Of a stretch of DNA of 40,257 nt, positions 7,259 through 14,980 are shown piece by piece (the stretch's first letter is position 1; every line of letters begins with the position of its first letter). The translations under genes and the position numbers were made by a program. The notes below the pieces were generated by a model. It saw only the letters and a list, made by a program, of their open reading frames with translations, was not told the DNA's origin and made no database searches. Origin of the DNA: Gemmatimonadaceae bacterium (GTDB lineage: Bacteria; Gemmatimonadota; Gemmatimonadetes; Gemmatimonadales; Gemmatimonadaceae); the NCBI GenBank assembly GCA_031380785.1, contig JANMWU010000429.1:1-40257 (forward strand). Direction: 5' to 3'.

Positions 7259-7884
7259 CTGTGGAGCGAGAGAGACTGATCAGGCGCCTGTCATCGTGCG
7301 CCGGACCCGAGGACACGTCGTTCGTGCAAGCCGCCGAAACGACGACCTCGTGTGCGTCATGACCGGGTCGCCGAATGACTACTGCGTCAGCACTTTCGTA
7401 ACTGCTTCGTACCTGCAAAACAAAGCTTAGTGCGCCCGGGCGGTCTTCCCTGTGCCGGAATGTAACAGGTGTCTAACCAATCTCAGTGCGTCGGAATCAC
7501 GGGTACACTGTGACAGCCGAGGTTGGTCCAAACGCCCCTGACTGAACGACGCTGTCAAGGCCTTACCGCTCTCAATCGACAACGGCAAACGGCCCAGACT
7601 TACGTGAGATGAAACTCTCAATAGAGGATTCTAATGGCTCACGTGCTCCCACACAAGGATTTTAAGCATAAATAGGCGCCGAAACATGCACGAACTTGCG
7701 CCCGAGCAGCTCATTCGTCGAGAAATCGTGATTCGGGACGACTGTGATATACGCGCAGGAATCGTGTAAAACGGCTCACGTATGCCGGACGTCCTTGGCG
7801 GGCACCGCCGCACGCGGATGCGCATTTTTCAGTCAGAGACATCGGCGATGAAGCGGAGTCGCGCACCGAATCCCGCGAGCTGGC
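7259..7884 (-). promoter_or_regulatory. Long non-coding spacer: presumed promoter and 5' leader of the leftward operon starting at 7258, and 3' region of the WbaP-like gene
   Basis: 626 nt with no credible ORF; the two 64-aa ORFs have non-protein-like composition. There is a local G+C dip (hand count 27/60 G+C for 7621-7680). I could not assign any specific promoter motif. Confidence 0.35.
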
Positions 7885-9441
7885 TCAGAGCGCGCCGTCC
7901 ATCCGGATCACTGCGGGCAGCGTGCGCGCGAGAATCACAGCATCGCGAGCGAAAGACCAGTCGGCGATGTACTCGGACTCCATCTGCACCACGTCCTCGA
8001 AATGGACGATGCGATTCCGGCCGGAGACCTGCCACGGCCCGGTCAGTCCCGGACGGACATCGAGGCGCACGAAATGGCGCTCGCTGTAGCGAGCCACTTC
8101 GTCCGGCAACGGTGGACGAGGTCCGACGAGCGACATCTCGCCACGAAGGACGTTCCAGAACTGAGGGAGCTCGTCGAGACTGGTCTTGCGCAGGAATCGA
8201 CCGAAGGGCGTGATGCGCGGATCGTGCGCGATTTTGAACAGCGGTTCTTCGCCGTACACGTTGCGCGCTCGCAGTTCGTCCTGCTGCTCGGCTGCCGCGG
8301 CGATCATCGAGCGGAACTTCCACATCTGAAAGAGTCGCCCGCCCTGCCCCACGCGCACCTGCCGGAAGAGTGCCGGTCCGCGCGACGTGACGCGCACCGC
8401 GAGTGCGACCAGGGCGAACACGGGCGCCAGCAGGACAAGCAGGATGGTTGAGATCACAACGTCGGTTGCGCGCTTCACGACCAGCTGCCGACCCCGCTCC
8501 CCAGGGCGCACGAGGCGCATCAGTGGATCGCCGTGATGGAAGACGATTTGCGGTTCGAACCCGTGCAGCGCCAGCGTGCGTGGCAGACAGACGACGTTGC
8601 ATCCCGCAGCGTCGGCGACGCGAGCGAGGCGCTCCGCCACCGGTTCCGTCAGATGGCCGAACAGCACCACTGTGTCGGCACGGTGCTCGTCGATCAATCG
8701 CATCATCGCGCTGGTCGGACCGAGCGGGCCGGCCTCCAGTGCAACGCGCGTCGTGTCGACATCGCCGACAAAACGGAATTCAGTCGGATCGGAGAACGCA
8801 GGATGGGCTCTGCCGGCGCGCAGATCGCGCGTCGGCGCAACCAGGATGGCGCGCAGGGCGAAAGCCGCGCGCGGACGAAGGCGTTCGACCACCAGGTCGA
8901 GCGAAAATCGGACAGCCACGAGAGTGGCCGCAACGGCCAGTCCGACGAATGGGACGCCGAGCAACCGGCCGGCGCTCGGCGACGCAAAGAGATCCGTCCA
9001 GGTGACGAACAGCACGCCCAGCATGGCGCCGAGTGCGACGCTGCGGATGTGCCGCTTGCGTGCGCCGCCGACGTAGCCGCCACAGATGGTCAGACCGAGG
9101 AGTACCGCAGCCTGCAGCGGCAGCGCCGGTACCGCACCCGCCGGAACAATGGATGCGAGCAGCTCTGCGACGCGGGCTCCAAACCAGGCCCGATCGCGCG
9201 CTGCTGACAGAATGATTCGCAGCACTTCAAGCGTCACCAGGTCGGCTGCGACGAGCACGAGAATACGCAGCACTGTGCGCCACAGATGGCGATAGACCGC
9301 GTGAGGAGCGCGCGCGTGGAGGATTTCCGGCAACGCGACATCATTGTACGTCTCGTCAGTCGTCGCGTGACGCAGCGGCGTCGGATCGTTGAGGCGACGT
9401 CGCGGCCTCGACCGTGGTGACGGAGGCGGAGGGGACGTCAC
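7885..9441 (-). CDS. Polytopic polyprenyl-phosphate hexose-1-phosphate transferase (WbaP/EpsB-type initiating PGT)
   Basis: 518 aa. It has a Pro/Arg-rich N-tail, about four TM helices and a central Rossmann-like segment (RAILVAPTRD...FRFVGDVD...ADTVVLFG). The C-terminal Bac_transf motifs are KFRSM, SLDELPQFWNVLRGEMSLVGPRPPLP and GLTGPWQVSGRN. GTG start. Confidence 0.9.
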   Translation of the reverse strand: MTSPPPPSPRSRPRRRLNDPTPLRHATTDETYNDVALPEILHARAPHAVYRHLWRTVLRILVLVAADLVTLEVLRIILSAARDRAWFGARVAELLASIVPAGAVPALPLQAAVLLGLTICGGYVGGARKRHIRSVALGAMLGVLFVTWTDLFASPSAGRLLGVPFVGLAVAATLVAVRFSLDLVVERLRPRAAFALRAILVAPTRDLRAGRAHPAFSDPTEFRFVGDVDTTRVALEAGPLGPTSAMMRLIDEHRADTVVLFGHLTEPVAERLARVADAAGCNVVCLPRTLALHGFEPQIVFHHGDPLMRLVRPGERGRQLVVKRATDVVISTILLVLLAPVFALVALAVRVTSRGPALFRQVRVGQGGRLFQMWKFRSMIAAAAEQQDELRARNVYGEEPLFKIAHDPRITPFGRFLRKTSLDELPQFWNVLRGEMSLVGPRPPLPDEVARYSERHFVRLDVRPGLTGPWQVSGRNRIVHFEDVVQMESEYIADWSFARDAVILARTLPAVIRMDGAL

Positions 9442-9639
9442 GATTCGGCGCGAGCCGTGGGCTGAGTCGGGCAGAACACTCGTCAGTTCAGCGGCTCGAG
9501 GGATCTCCAGCGGCGGATGCCGACCAGAGGCGCTGGGTACAACGCGGTACGCAAGGATGGGAAGCTAGGCTCAGAAGTCTCAGCGCGGCACTGGCGCGGA
9601 AGATCTGCAGCGCCGACGGATCGGCTTTGCTCGCACAGA

Positions 9640-11298
9640 TCAACGCATGCGTGGGTGAAAGCGGAATTCGAGCGAGATGTTTTGCTGGTCGATCTGCAGA
9701 TCGGGATTGTCGAAGCAGTATCCGGATGCCTGCCAGTACAGATTCAGCCGATTCTGGCTCGTCAGCGTTGCTTCCATCCAACCGGCGCCGGCGCGCGTCG
9801 AGCCGCGAACGCCGAAGGCGAGGCTGACGTCGTGCTTGCAGATCGCGCCGCCCATCGGGCGCGGAATGGTGTAGTAGGCATCGTCGTCCCATTTGATGCG
9901 ATACGCGAACATACCGATCGACTGTCGCGGTCCTGCAAAGTCGAGATTGAGGCGCTGTGTGACACTGCCGGGCCCGATGATGGCGCCGAGGACCTGACCT
10001 TTTTGCGTGAAGCCGCCTTGTATGGCGCGACTGGTATACCACGAACCAGTCGGCCGCTCACGATAGGTGGAGCTTTGATTCGTCTGCGAATACTCCGCAC
10101 CAACGCGCCAGGTCCAGTCGGGTCGCTCCATCGCTCCGACTTTTTGGAGGCCGAGCGTCACTGCCTGTGTGTGATTTGGCGACTCAAAGAAATCACGAAG
10201 ACCCTGCGGCAACTCCGCGCGTCCCCATTCAAACCAGATTTCGGCGCCGTCACTCGGCAGCCGCCAGTCGGCGAAGAGGCTGAACAGCTGATCGGGTCCC
10301 GGCGTCTGCGTCTTGTCTGAATAGGGCAGTGCGTTCGGTGTGCCGACATTCGTCACCGGATCAAGCACATGCCGTAACCACCCGTTGCCGAGAATCGGCG
10401 CGGCCACGAGGCGCGCTGCACCGATTGAGAGTCCAGGTTCGAACGCTGGTCGCCAGACGACTGTGAGACCGGTGAGTGTGCGTGTCGAGTCTTCCGTGTC
10501 GCGGAAGAAAAATGGTGAGTAGGAGAGACCACCGATGAAGTAGCGAATGTCGAGTTCTCCTGCGGCGCGAATCGGCTTCGACGTGCGTACGTACGCACGC
10601 GGCGCGCCGGCGGCCTGAGAACTCATGAGCAACGCGTTGTATTGCCCTGGGCCCCACCACTCGGATTCGGTTGTGAAGCCAGCTTCAACGCGCGGCCCGC
10701 GATACCAGAGGGCCAGCGCTCCCGGCTCGAATCGCCGGAGTGCCCCGTTGCCGAATCGTCGTGGCGCATCGAGCGAACGTGGGATGTAGTGATACGATGA
10801 AGCCCACGGGCTGTAGTCGGCACGCAGTGGTGGTACGAATTCGGGATTGTCCGGAAGATCGAACGCAGCGTTTTCCGCGTACCAATATGTCGGCGCGACG
10901 ATCGCGCCCCATCGCGCGTTGCGTCCGCAGATGGCGACGCCGCCGGTGACGCTGTAGCTGAGTCCCTTCCCGGCCCACATCGGTCCGTCGTTGGCGGCGA
11001 GCGGGAAAGCCTGCTGAGATGTCACGAGGAGCTCGGGGAGCACCGCAGCGACACGCAGATTGGCAGGCGCACTGTCGGCGAGCATGCTTGCTTTGGCGGC
11101 ATCGGTCGCGCCGCGCGTGAGGGACCAGATGCCACCGCTCCGAATCGTACGCGCTCTGATGTTCTCGTCGACGAGTCCGCCGGGCAGCGTTGTTGTGACG
11201 GCGCCGCCGGCGCATCGCGCGGAGGGCGGTATCAGCTGCGCCGAGATCGGTGCCGCGACGAATGGCAGCGCGATCAACGCGCGGAGGTGTGTCAGCAT
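9640..11298 (-). CDS. wzi: Wzi-like capsule-assembly outer-membrane protein (paralogue 1)
   Basis: 552 aa with a signal peptide (MLTHLRALIALPFVAAPISAQ). ESEWWGPGQYNALLMSS matches the Wzi WWGPGYEGSLI motif, and GLSIGAARLV matches Wzi SLELGASRI. It aligns along its length with the gene at 11324-13015. Confidence 0.8.
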   Translation of the reverse strand: MLTHLRALIALPFVAAPISAQLIPPSARCAGGAVTTTLPGGLVDENIRARTIRSGGIWSLTRGATDAAKASMLADSAPANLRVAAVLPELLVTSQQAFPLAANDGPMWAGKGLSYSVTGGVAICGRNARWGAIVAPTYWYAENAAFDLPDNPEFVPPLRADYSPWASSYHYIPRSLDAPRRFGNGALRRFEPGALALWYRGPRVEAGFTTESEWWGPGQYNALLMSSQAAGAPRAYVRTSKPIRAAGELDIRYFIGGLSYSPFFFRDTEDSTRTLTGLTVVWRPAFEPGLSIGAARLVAAPILGNGWLRHVLDPVTNVGTPNALPYSDKTQTPGPDQLFSLFADWRLPSDGAEIWFEWGRAELPQGLRDFFESPNHTQAVTLGLQKVGAMERPDWTWRVGAEYSQTNQSSTYRERPTGSWYTSRAIQGGFTQKGQVLGAIIGPGSVTQRLNLDFAGPRQSIGMFAYRIKWDDDAYYTIPRPMGGAICKHDVSLAFGVRGSTRAGAGWMEATLTSQNRLNLYWQASGYCFDNPDLQIDQQNISLEFRFHPRMR

Positions 11299-11323
11299 GA
11301 GGCGATGGTGCTAAGATACACCG

Positions 11324-13015
11324 ATGCCTTGGTTCTCACGATGGGTTGTGCTGACGGTGTGTGTTGCGTTGCAGTGGTGCGCGTCGCCGCTGACGGCGCA
11401 GTGGCAATCGAACACGGGGCCGGCAGGTGCGGCACTGGGTGCGGTTGTGGGTGGAGATGTGGAGCGGTATGTGCGAGCGTTGGCGATGGCGGGGGTTATC
11501 AAGCCGGTGGCGTGGGGGGCGCGAGCGTTCGGGCCGGTCGAACTGTCGGAGTTATTGAGTGATACATCGAGCGACGCGCATCCATGGCAGCCGGCGATGC
11601 AAAAGGCGCTGGTGCCGCGGGCCTCACTCGGCGGGATGCTCTTCTCAAGTGTGAACACAGGTTTTCCGTGGGGTGCGAACGATGGCGCGATGTGGCAGGG
11701 GCGCGGGCTCACGACGGCGCTTGGTGGTGCGGCGACGTTTCGTTGGGGGCCGGTGACTGCGGTGGCGGCGCCGGTGGTGTTTTGGGCACAGAATGCGAGT
11801 TTTCCGTTGATACCGCAACACATCGATGGCGTTTCTCCCTACGGCGAACCCCAATACGCGTTTGTCGTTGACTTGCCCCAACGCATGGGCGCATCGGCGT
11901 ATCATCGCTTCGATGCCGGCGAAAGTTCGATTCGCCTCTCACTTCGCACCGTCAACGTCGGAATATCGACCGCAAGTCTCGGCTGGGGCACGGGTGAGGC
12001 GTTCCCCGCGATTTTCGGATCCAACGCCGGAGGGTTCCCGCATCTGTTTTTTGGCACGAATGGACGCGGGCTGGCGGTACCCGGTTTCGGTCGCATCTCG
12101 GGGCAATACATCCTGGGCCTGCTGCAACAGAGCGCGTGGTCTCCCGTGCAGGGGAGTGAGACGTACGTTGACGTCAATCAGCCTGGAACTCAGCGCCTCG
12201 CAACAGGTTTGTCGATCAGTTTCATGCCGCAATTCGTCTCCGGTCTTGAACTTGGCGCGAGCCGTTTCTTCCATAGTCCGTACCGCGCGGGATCTTCGCG
12301 ATGGAACGGGTGGTCGAAACCCTTCGAAGGACTGTTCAAGAAAGGGCTTCGGACATCCCCGGGGACTGGAGACCCGACCGGCGACGCTGACAATCAGATG
12401 GCGTCATTGTTTGCGCGCTGGATATTTCCCAGGCGCGGAGTAGAGGCGAACCTCGAGATCTTTCGTGAGGATCACAATTGGGACTCGCGAGATCTTGCGG
12501 AAGAGCCCGAGAATAACAGCGCCGTTCTCGCCTCACTACGTGCAACAACGCACCGCAGCGCGTCGTCAATCGGCATTCTGTCGTTCGAGTACTTTGACGG
12601 CGATGTGCGTCCGATCGCTCAAGCGCGGGAGCAGGAGGCGCTCTATGTCCATACGGGACTGCGACAGGGCCATACGCAGCGAGGCCAGCTTCTCGGCGCG
12701 CCGATGGGCGTTGGTGCCATTACCAGCCAACGGATCGCATGGGAGAGATTCGATTCCGCGAGCTCGCTCCGCATGAGCATCCAACGATGGCAGCCCAGGT
12801 CGCGGCGTCACAGTGACATACAGGGCCTGTATTCAGGGGCATTGGCTCCAGTCCCGGAAAGCCATGACTGGACCATCGATGCAGGTGCCGCATGGACGCG
12901 CTATCACGGCGCGCGCGCACTGACGGTCGAGGGTGGTCTCGCCTGGGCGGGGCGGTGGCAACTCGGAGATAGTCGCGCGAATCCGTATATTCGAGCGAGC
13001 GCCGGGTTCTTCTGA
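11324..13015 (+). CDS. wzi: Wzi-like capsule-assembly outer-membrane protein (paralogue 2)
   Basis: 563 aa with a signal peptide (MPWFSRWVVLTVCVALQWCASPLTAQ). The N-terminal DVERYVRALAMAGVIKPVAWGARAFGPVELSELL resembles Wzi DLRNDLAWLSDRGVI..STWPLS. Other matches are GLELGASRFF and DNQMASLFARWIFP (Wzi GNQLAGFDFKF). It ends in a C-terminal Phe (ASAGFF), typical of OMPs. Confidence 0.85.
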   Translation: MPWFSRWVVLTVCVALQWCASPLTAQWQSNTGPAGAALGAVVGGDVERYVRALAMAGVIKPVAWGARAFGPVELSELLSDTSSDAHPWQPAMQKALVPRASLGGMLFSSVNTGFPWGANDGAMWQGRGLTTALGGAATFRWGPVTAVAAPVVFWAQNASFPLIPQHIDGVSPYGEPQYAFVVDLPQRMGASAYHRFDAGESSIRLSLRTVNVGISTASLGWGTGEAFPAIFGSNAGGFPHLFFGTNGRGLAVPGFGRISGQYILGLLQQSAWSPVQGSETYVDVNQPGTQRLATGLSISFMPQFVSGLELGASRFFHSPYRAGSSRWNGWSKPFEGLFKKGLRTSPGTGDPTGDADNQMASLFARWIFPRRGVEANLEIFREDHNWDSRDLAEEPENNSAVLASLRATTHRSASSIGILSFEYFDGDVRPIAQAREQEALYVHTGLRQGHTQRGQLLGAPMGVGAITSQRIAWERFDSASSLRMSIQRWQPRSRRHSDIQGLYSGALAPVPESHDWTIDAGAAWTRYHGARALTVEGGLAWAGRWQLGDSRANPYIRASAGFF

Positions 13016-13108
13016 TCGACTTCCCGGTCGTGGAGCGGCTAGCCGGGTGCACTCACTGGCGGGCCGCTCAACGATCGACGGTGCTTCATTTCTCGCGTTC
13101 ACTGCATC

Positions 13109-14266
13109 GTGACTTCGCCACGCATTTATCTGTCCGTTCCACACATGGGCGGTGAAGAACTTGCTCTTGTCGAGGAAGCCTTTACCACGAACTGGTTGTC
13201 GACGGTTGGCCCCCATCTCGATGCATTCGAGCACGAGATGTCCGAAGCGCTTGGCGGGTCGCACAGTGCGCTGGCGGTCGGCAGCGGCACCGCCGCACTG
13301 CACCTGATCCTTCGGGCGATCGGCGTTGGACCCGGCGATGCCGTTGCGGTTTCGACGCTGACCTTCGCCGGTTCTGTATTTCCGATTTTGTATCAAGGTG
13401 CGACGCCAGTGCTGATCGACAGCGAGTCGGCGTCCGGCAACCTCGATCCAGCACTGGTTCGAGAATACCTCGCGACCGCGGCGGCGAAGAACGCGCTACC
13501 GAAGGCACTCGTCGCAGTGCATCTCTACGGCCAGCACGCCGACATCGACACGATCGCAACAGCATGCGCCGAGTATGGTGTTTCGCTCATAGAAGACTCT
13601 GCGGAGTCGCTCGGCGCCACCTACCGCGGTCGCGAAACGGGGACGACGGCGCCATACGCATTGCTCAGCTTCAACGGGAATAAGATCATCACGACGAGCG
13701 GTGGCGGAATGGTCCTCGCCAAAGACCCGGCGCAGATACAGCGCATGCGGAAATGGGCAAATCAGTCCCGTGAGCCAGCCGTCGAGTACCTCCATACGGA
13801 GCATGGCTACAACTATCGAATGAGTAACGTGCTGGCCGGCATGGGCCGCGGTCAGTTGCGCGTGCTTCGCGATCGCGTTGTGCAGCGTCGCGCGGTGTTC
13901 GGTCGCTATGTCGCGGCGCTGCACGACGTGCCGGGATTGAGTTTTCAGGCAGAAGCGCCGTGGGGCACGCACACACGCTGGCTGACGGTGTGCTATCTGG
14001 ATGCGTTGAGCGGTGCACAAATGAGCCCGCTCCAGCTTATCAACGCGCTCGCGGCGCAAAACATCGAAGCCCGACCTGTCTGGCGTCCAATGCATACGCA
14101 GCCCCTGTTTGCGGGAGTGCAGATGATCGGCGGTGCGGTTGCGGAGCGCCTGTATCGCACCGGAGTATGCCTGCCTTCGTCGTCAAGCTTGGCGAGAGCT
14201 GACCAGCAGCGCGTGATCGCGATCATCCAGGAGACGATGGCGGAATCGGCGACTCGTAGCCAGTGA
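13109..14266 (+). CDS. DegT/DnrJ/EryC1/StrS-family PLP-dependent nucleotide-sugar aminotransferase (PglE/WbpE-like)
   Basis: 385 aa. N-terminus IYLSVPHMGGEELALVEEAFTTNWLSTVGPHLDAFEHEM. Active-site lysine context SFNGNKIITTSGGGMV. Also EHGYNYRMSNVLAGMGRGQL. GTG start. Confidence 0.9.
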   Translation: MTSPRIYLSVPHMGGEELALVEEAFTTNWLSTVGPHLDAFEHEMSEALGGSHSALAVGSGTAALHLILRAIGVGPGDAVAVSTLTFAGSVFPILYQGATPVLIDSESASGNLDPALVREYLATAAAKNALPKALVAVHLYGQHADIDTIATACAEYGVSLIEDSAESLGATYRGRETGTTAPYALLSFNGNKIITTSGGGMVLAKDPAQIQRMRKWANQSREPAVEYLHTEHGYNYRMSNVLAGMGRGQLRVLRDRVVQRRAVFGRYVAALHDVPGLSFQAEAPWGTHTRWLTVCYLDALSGAQMSPLQLINALAAQNIEARPVWRPMHTQPLFAGVQMIGGAVAERLYRTGVCLPSSSSLARADQQRVIAIIQETMAESATRSQ

Positions 14267-14855
14267 ACTCGGGCATCGTCGCATCGCCGGCCGCGGCAAT
14301 TCCGCCGCGCTGGATGACCGTACGAAACGTCCGGAGAAGAATTTGAATATCAAGCAACATCGAGCAGTGCTCGACGTAGCGGACGTCGAGATCGAACTTG
14401 TCGGACCAATCGATTGCATTCCGCCCGGAGATCTGCGCCAGACCGGTCAGTCCGGGCGGGGTTTCATGTCGGCGGCGATGATGCGCCGAATAGCGGACGA
14501 GGTATTGCGGCAGCAGCGGACGCGGGCCGACGAGGCTCATGTCGCCGCGCAGGACGTTGAAAAGCTCCGGCAGTTCGTCGAGAGACGAGCTTCGCAGTCG
14601 ACGACCGGACACAGTCAGTCGCTCGGTGTCGGGCAGAAGAGCGCCATCGACGTCACGTGCGTCGGTCATTGTTCGGAACTTGTACATCATGAACTCGCGC
14701 TCCCGCAGGCCGGTACGCCGCTGGCGGAAGAGCACCGGCGTGCCGATGCGCGCTCGCACTGACCACGCAATCAAGCATAGAGCCGGAAGCCAAATGGGCG
14801 AGACGATGAGGACGAGCAGGAGATCGAAGAGGCGTTTTCCACGGTAGCCGGACAT
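14223..14855 (-). CDS. Small monotopic phosphoglycosyl transferase (PglC/WecP-like initiating sugar transferase)
   Basis: 210 aa. Motifs: KRLFDLLLVLIVSPIWLPALCLIAW (re-entrant helix with Ser-Pro), YKFRTM, SLDELPELFNVLRGDMSLVGPRPLLP and GLTGLAQISGRN. Its 3' end overlaps the convergent aminotransferase gene by 44 nt. Confidence 0.9.
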   Translation of the reverse strand: MSGYRGKRLFDLLLVLIVSPIWLPALCLIAWSVRARIGTPVLFRQRRTGLREREFMMYKFRTMTDARDVDGALLPDTERLTVSGRRLRSSSLDELPELFNVLRGDMSLVGPRPLLPQYLVRYSAHHRRRHETPPGLTGLAQISGRNAIDWSDKFDLDVRYVEHCSMLLDIQILLRTFRTVIQRGGIAAAGDATMPEFTGYESPIPPSSPG

Positions 14856-14980
14856 GTCAGAAAAATAGCACTAGGGTTGCTGCTGCGACGCCAGCGACTG
14901 GTTCACCGTGCGACGCAGGACTAACCTTCATATCTCATTGCGTCCCCGCTCTGACGCGACTCCACCTTTTGACGTCCTCA
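14856..14980. promoter_or_regulatory. Divergent intergenic region between the PglC-like gene (-) and the tailoring operon (+); presumed promoters
   Basis: About 113-125 nt of non-coding sequence between divergent starts. No motif assigned. Confidence 0.3.

Noticed and set aside
5948-7279. 443-aa plus-strand ORF covering the whole nucleotidyltransferase/LbH gene
   Set aside because: This is a shadow ORF in high-GC DNA. Its product is Arg/His/Ala-rich with no recognisable motif. The minus-strand frame carries clear nucleotidyltransferase-like and hexapeptide-repeat sequence and is coupled to its neighbour by ATGA.
7562-7570. AGCGGTAAG on the minus strand, partly resembling the ops element core GGCGGTAG
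   Set aside because: It matches only 6 of 8 positions and has no JUMPStart context. RfaH/ops is a proteobacterial system, and the lineage here is unknown.
7636-7781. 9-nt direct repeat GGCTCACGT at 7636-7644 and 7773-7781 in the long spacer
   Set aside because: A single 9-mer repeat within about 600 nt is expected by chance at roughly even odds. It has no supporting symmetry or third copy.
7797-7830. GGCGG-GCA-CCGCC hairpin, then a weak second hairpin and ATTTTT on the plus strand, resembling an intrinsic terminator
   Set aside because: No plus-strand gene lies upstream. For the minus-strand WbaP-like gene, the T-run would be an A-run preceding the stem. The stems are only 3-5 bp.
7829-9207. 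Several 150-260-aa alternative-frame ORFs on both strands across the WbaP-like gene
   Set aside because: All are Arg/Ala/Pro-rich shadow frames. Only the 7885-9441 minus frame gives TM helices plus the Bac_transf core.
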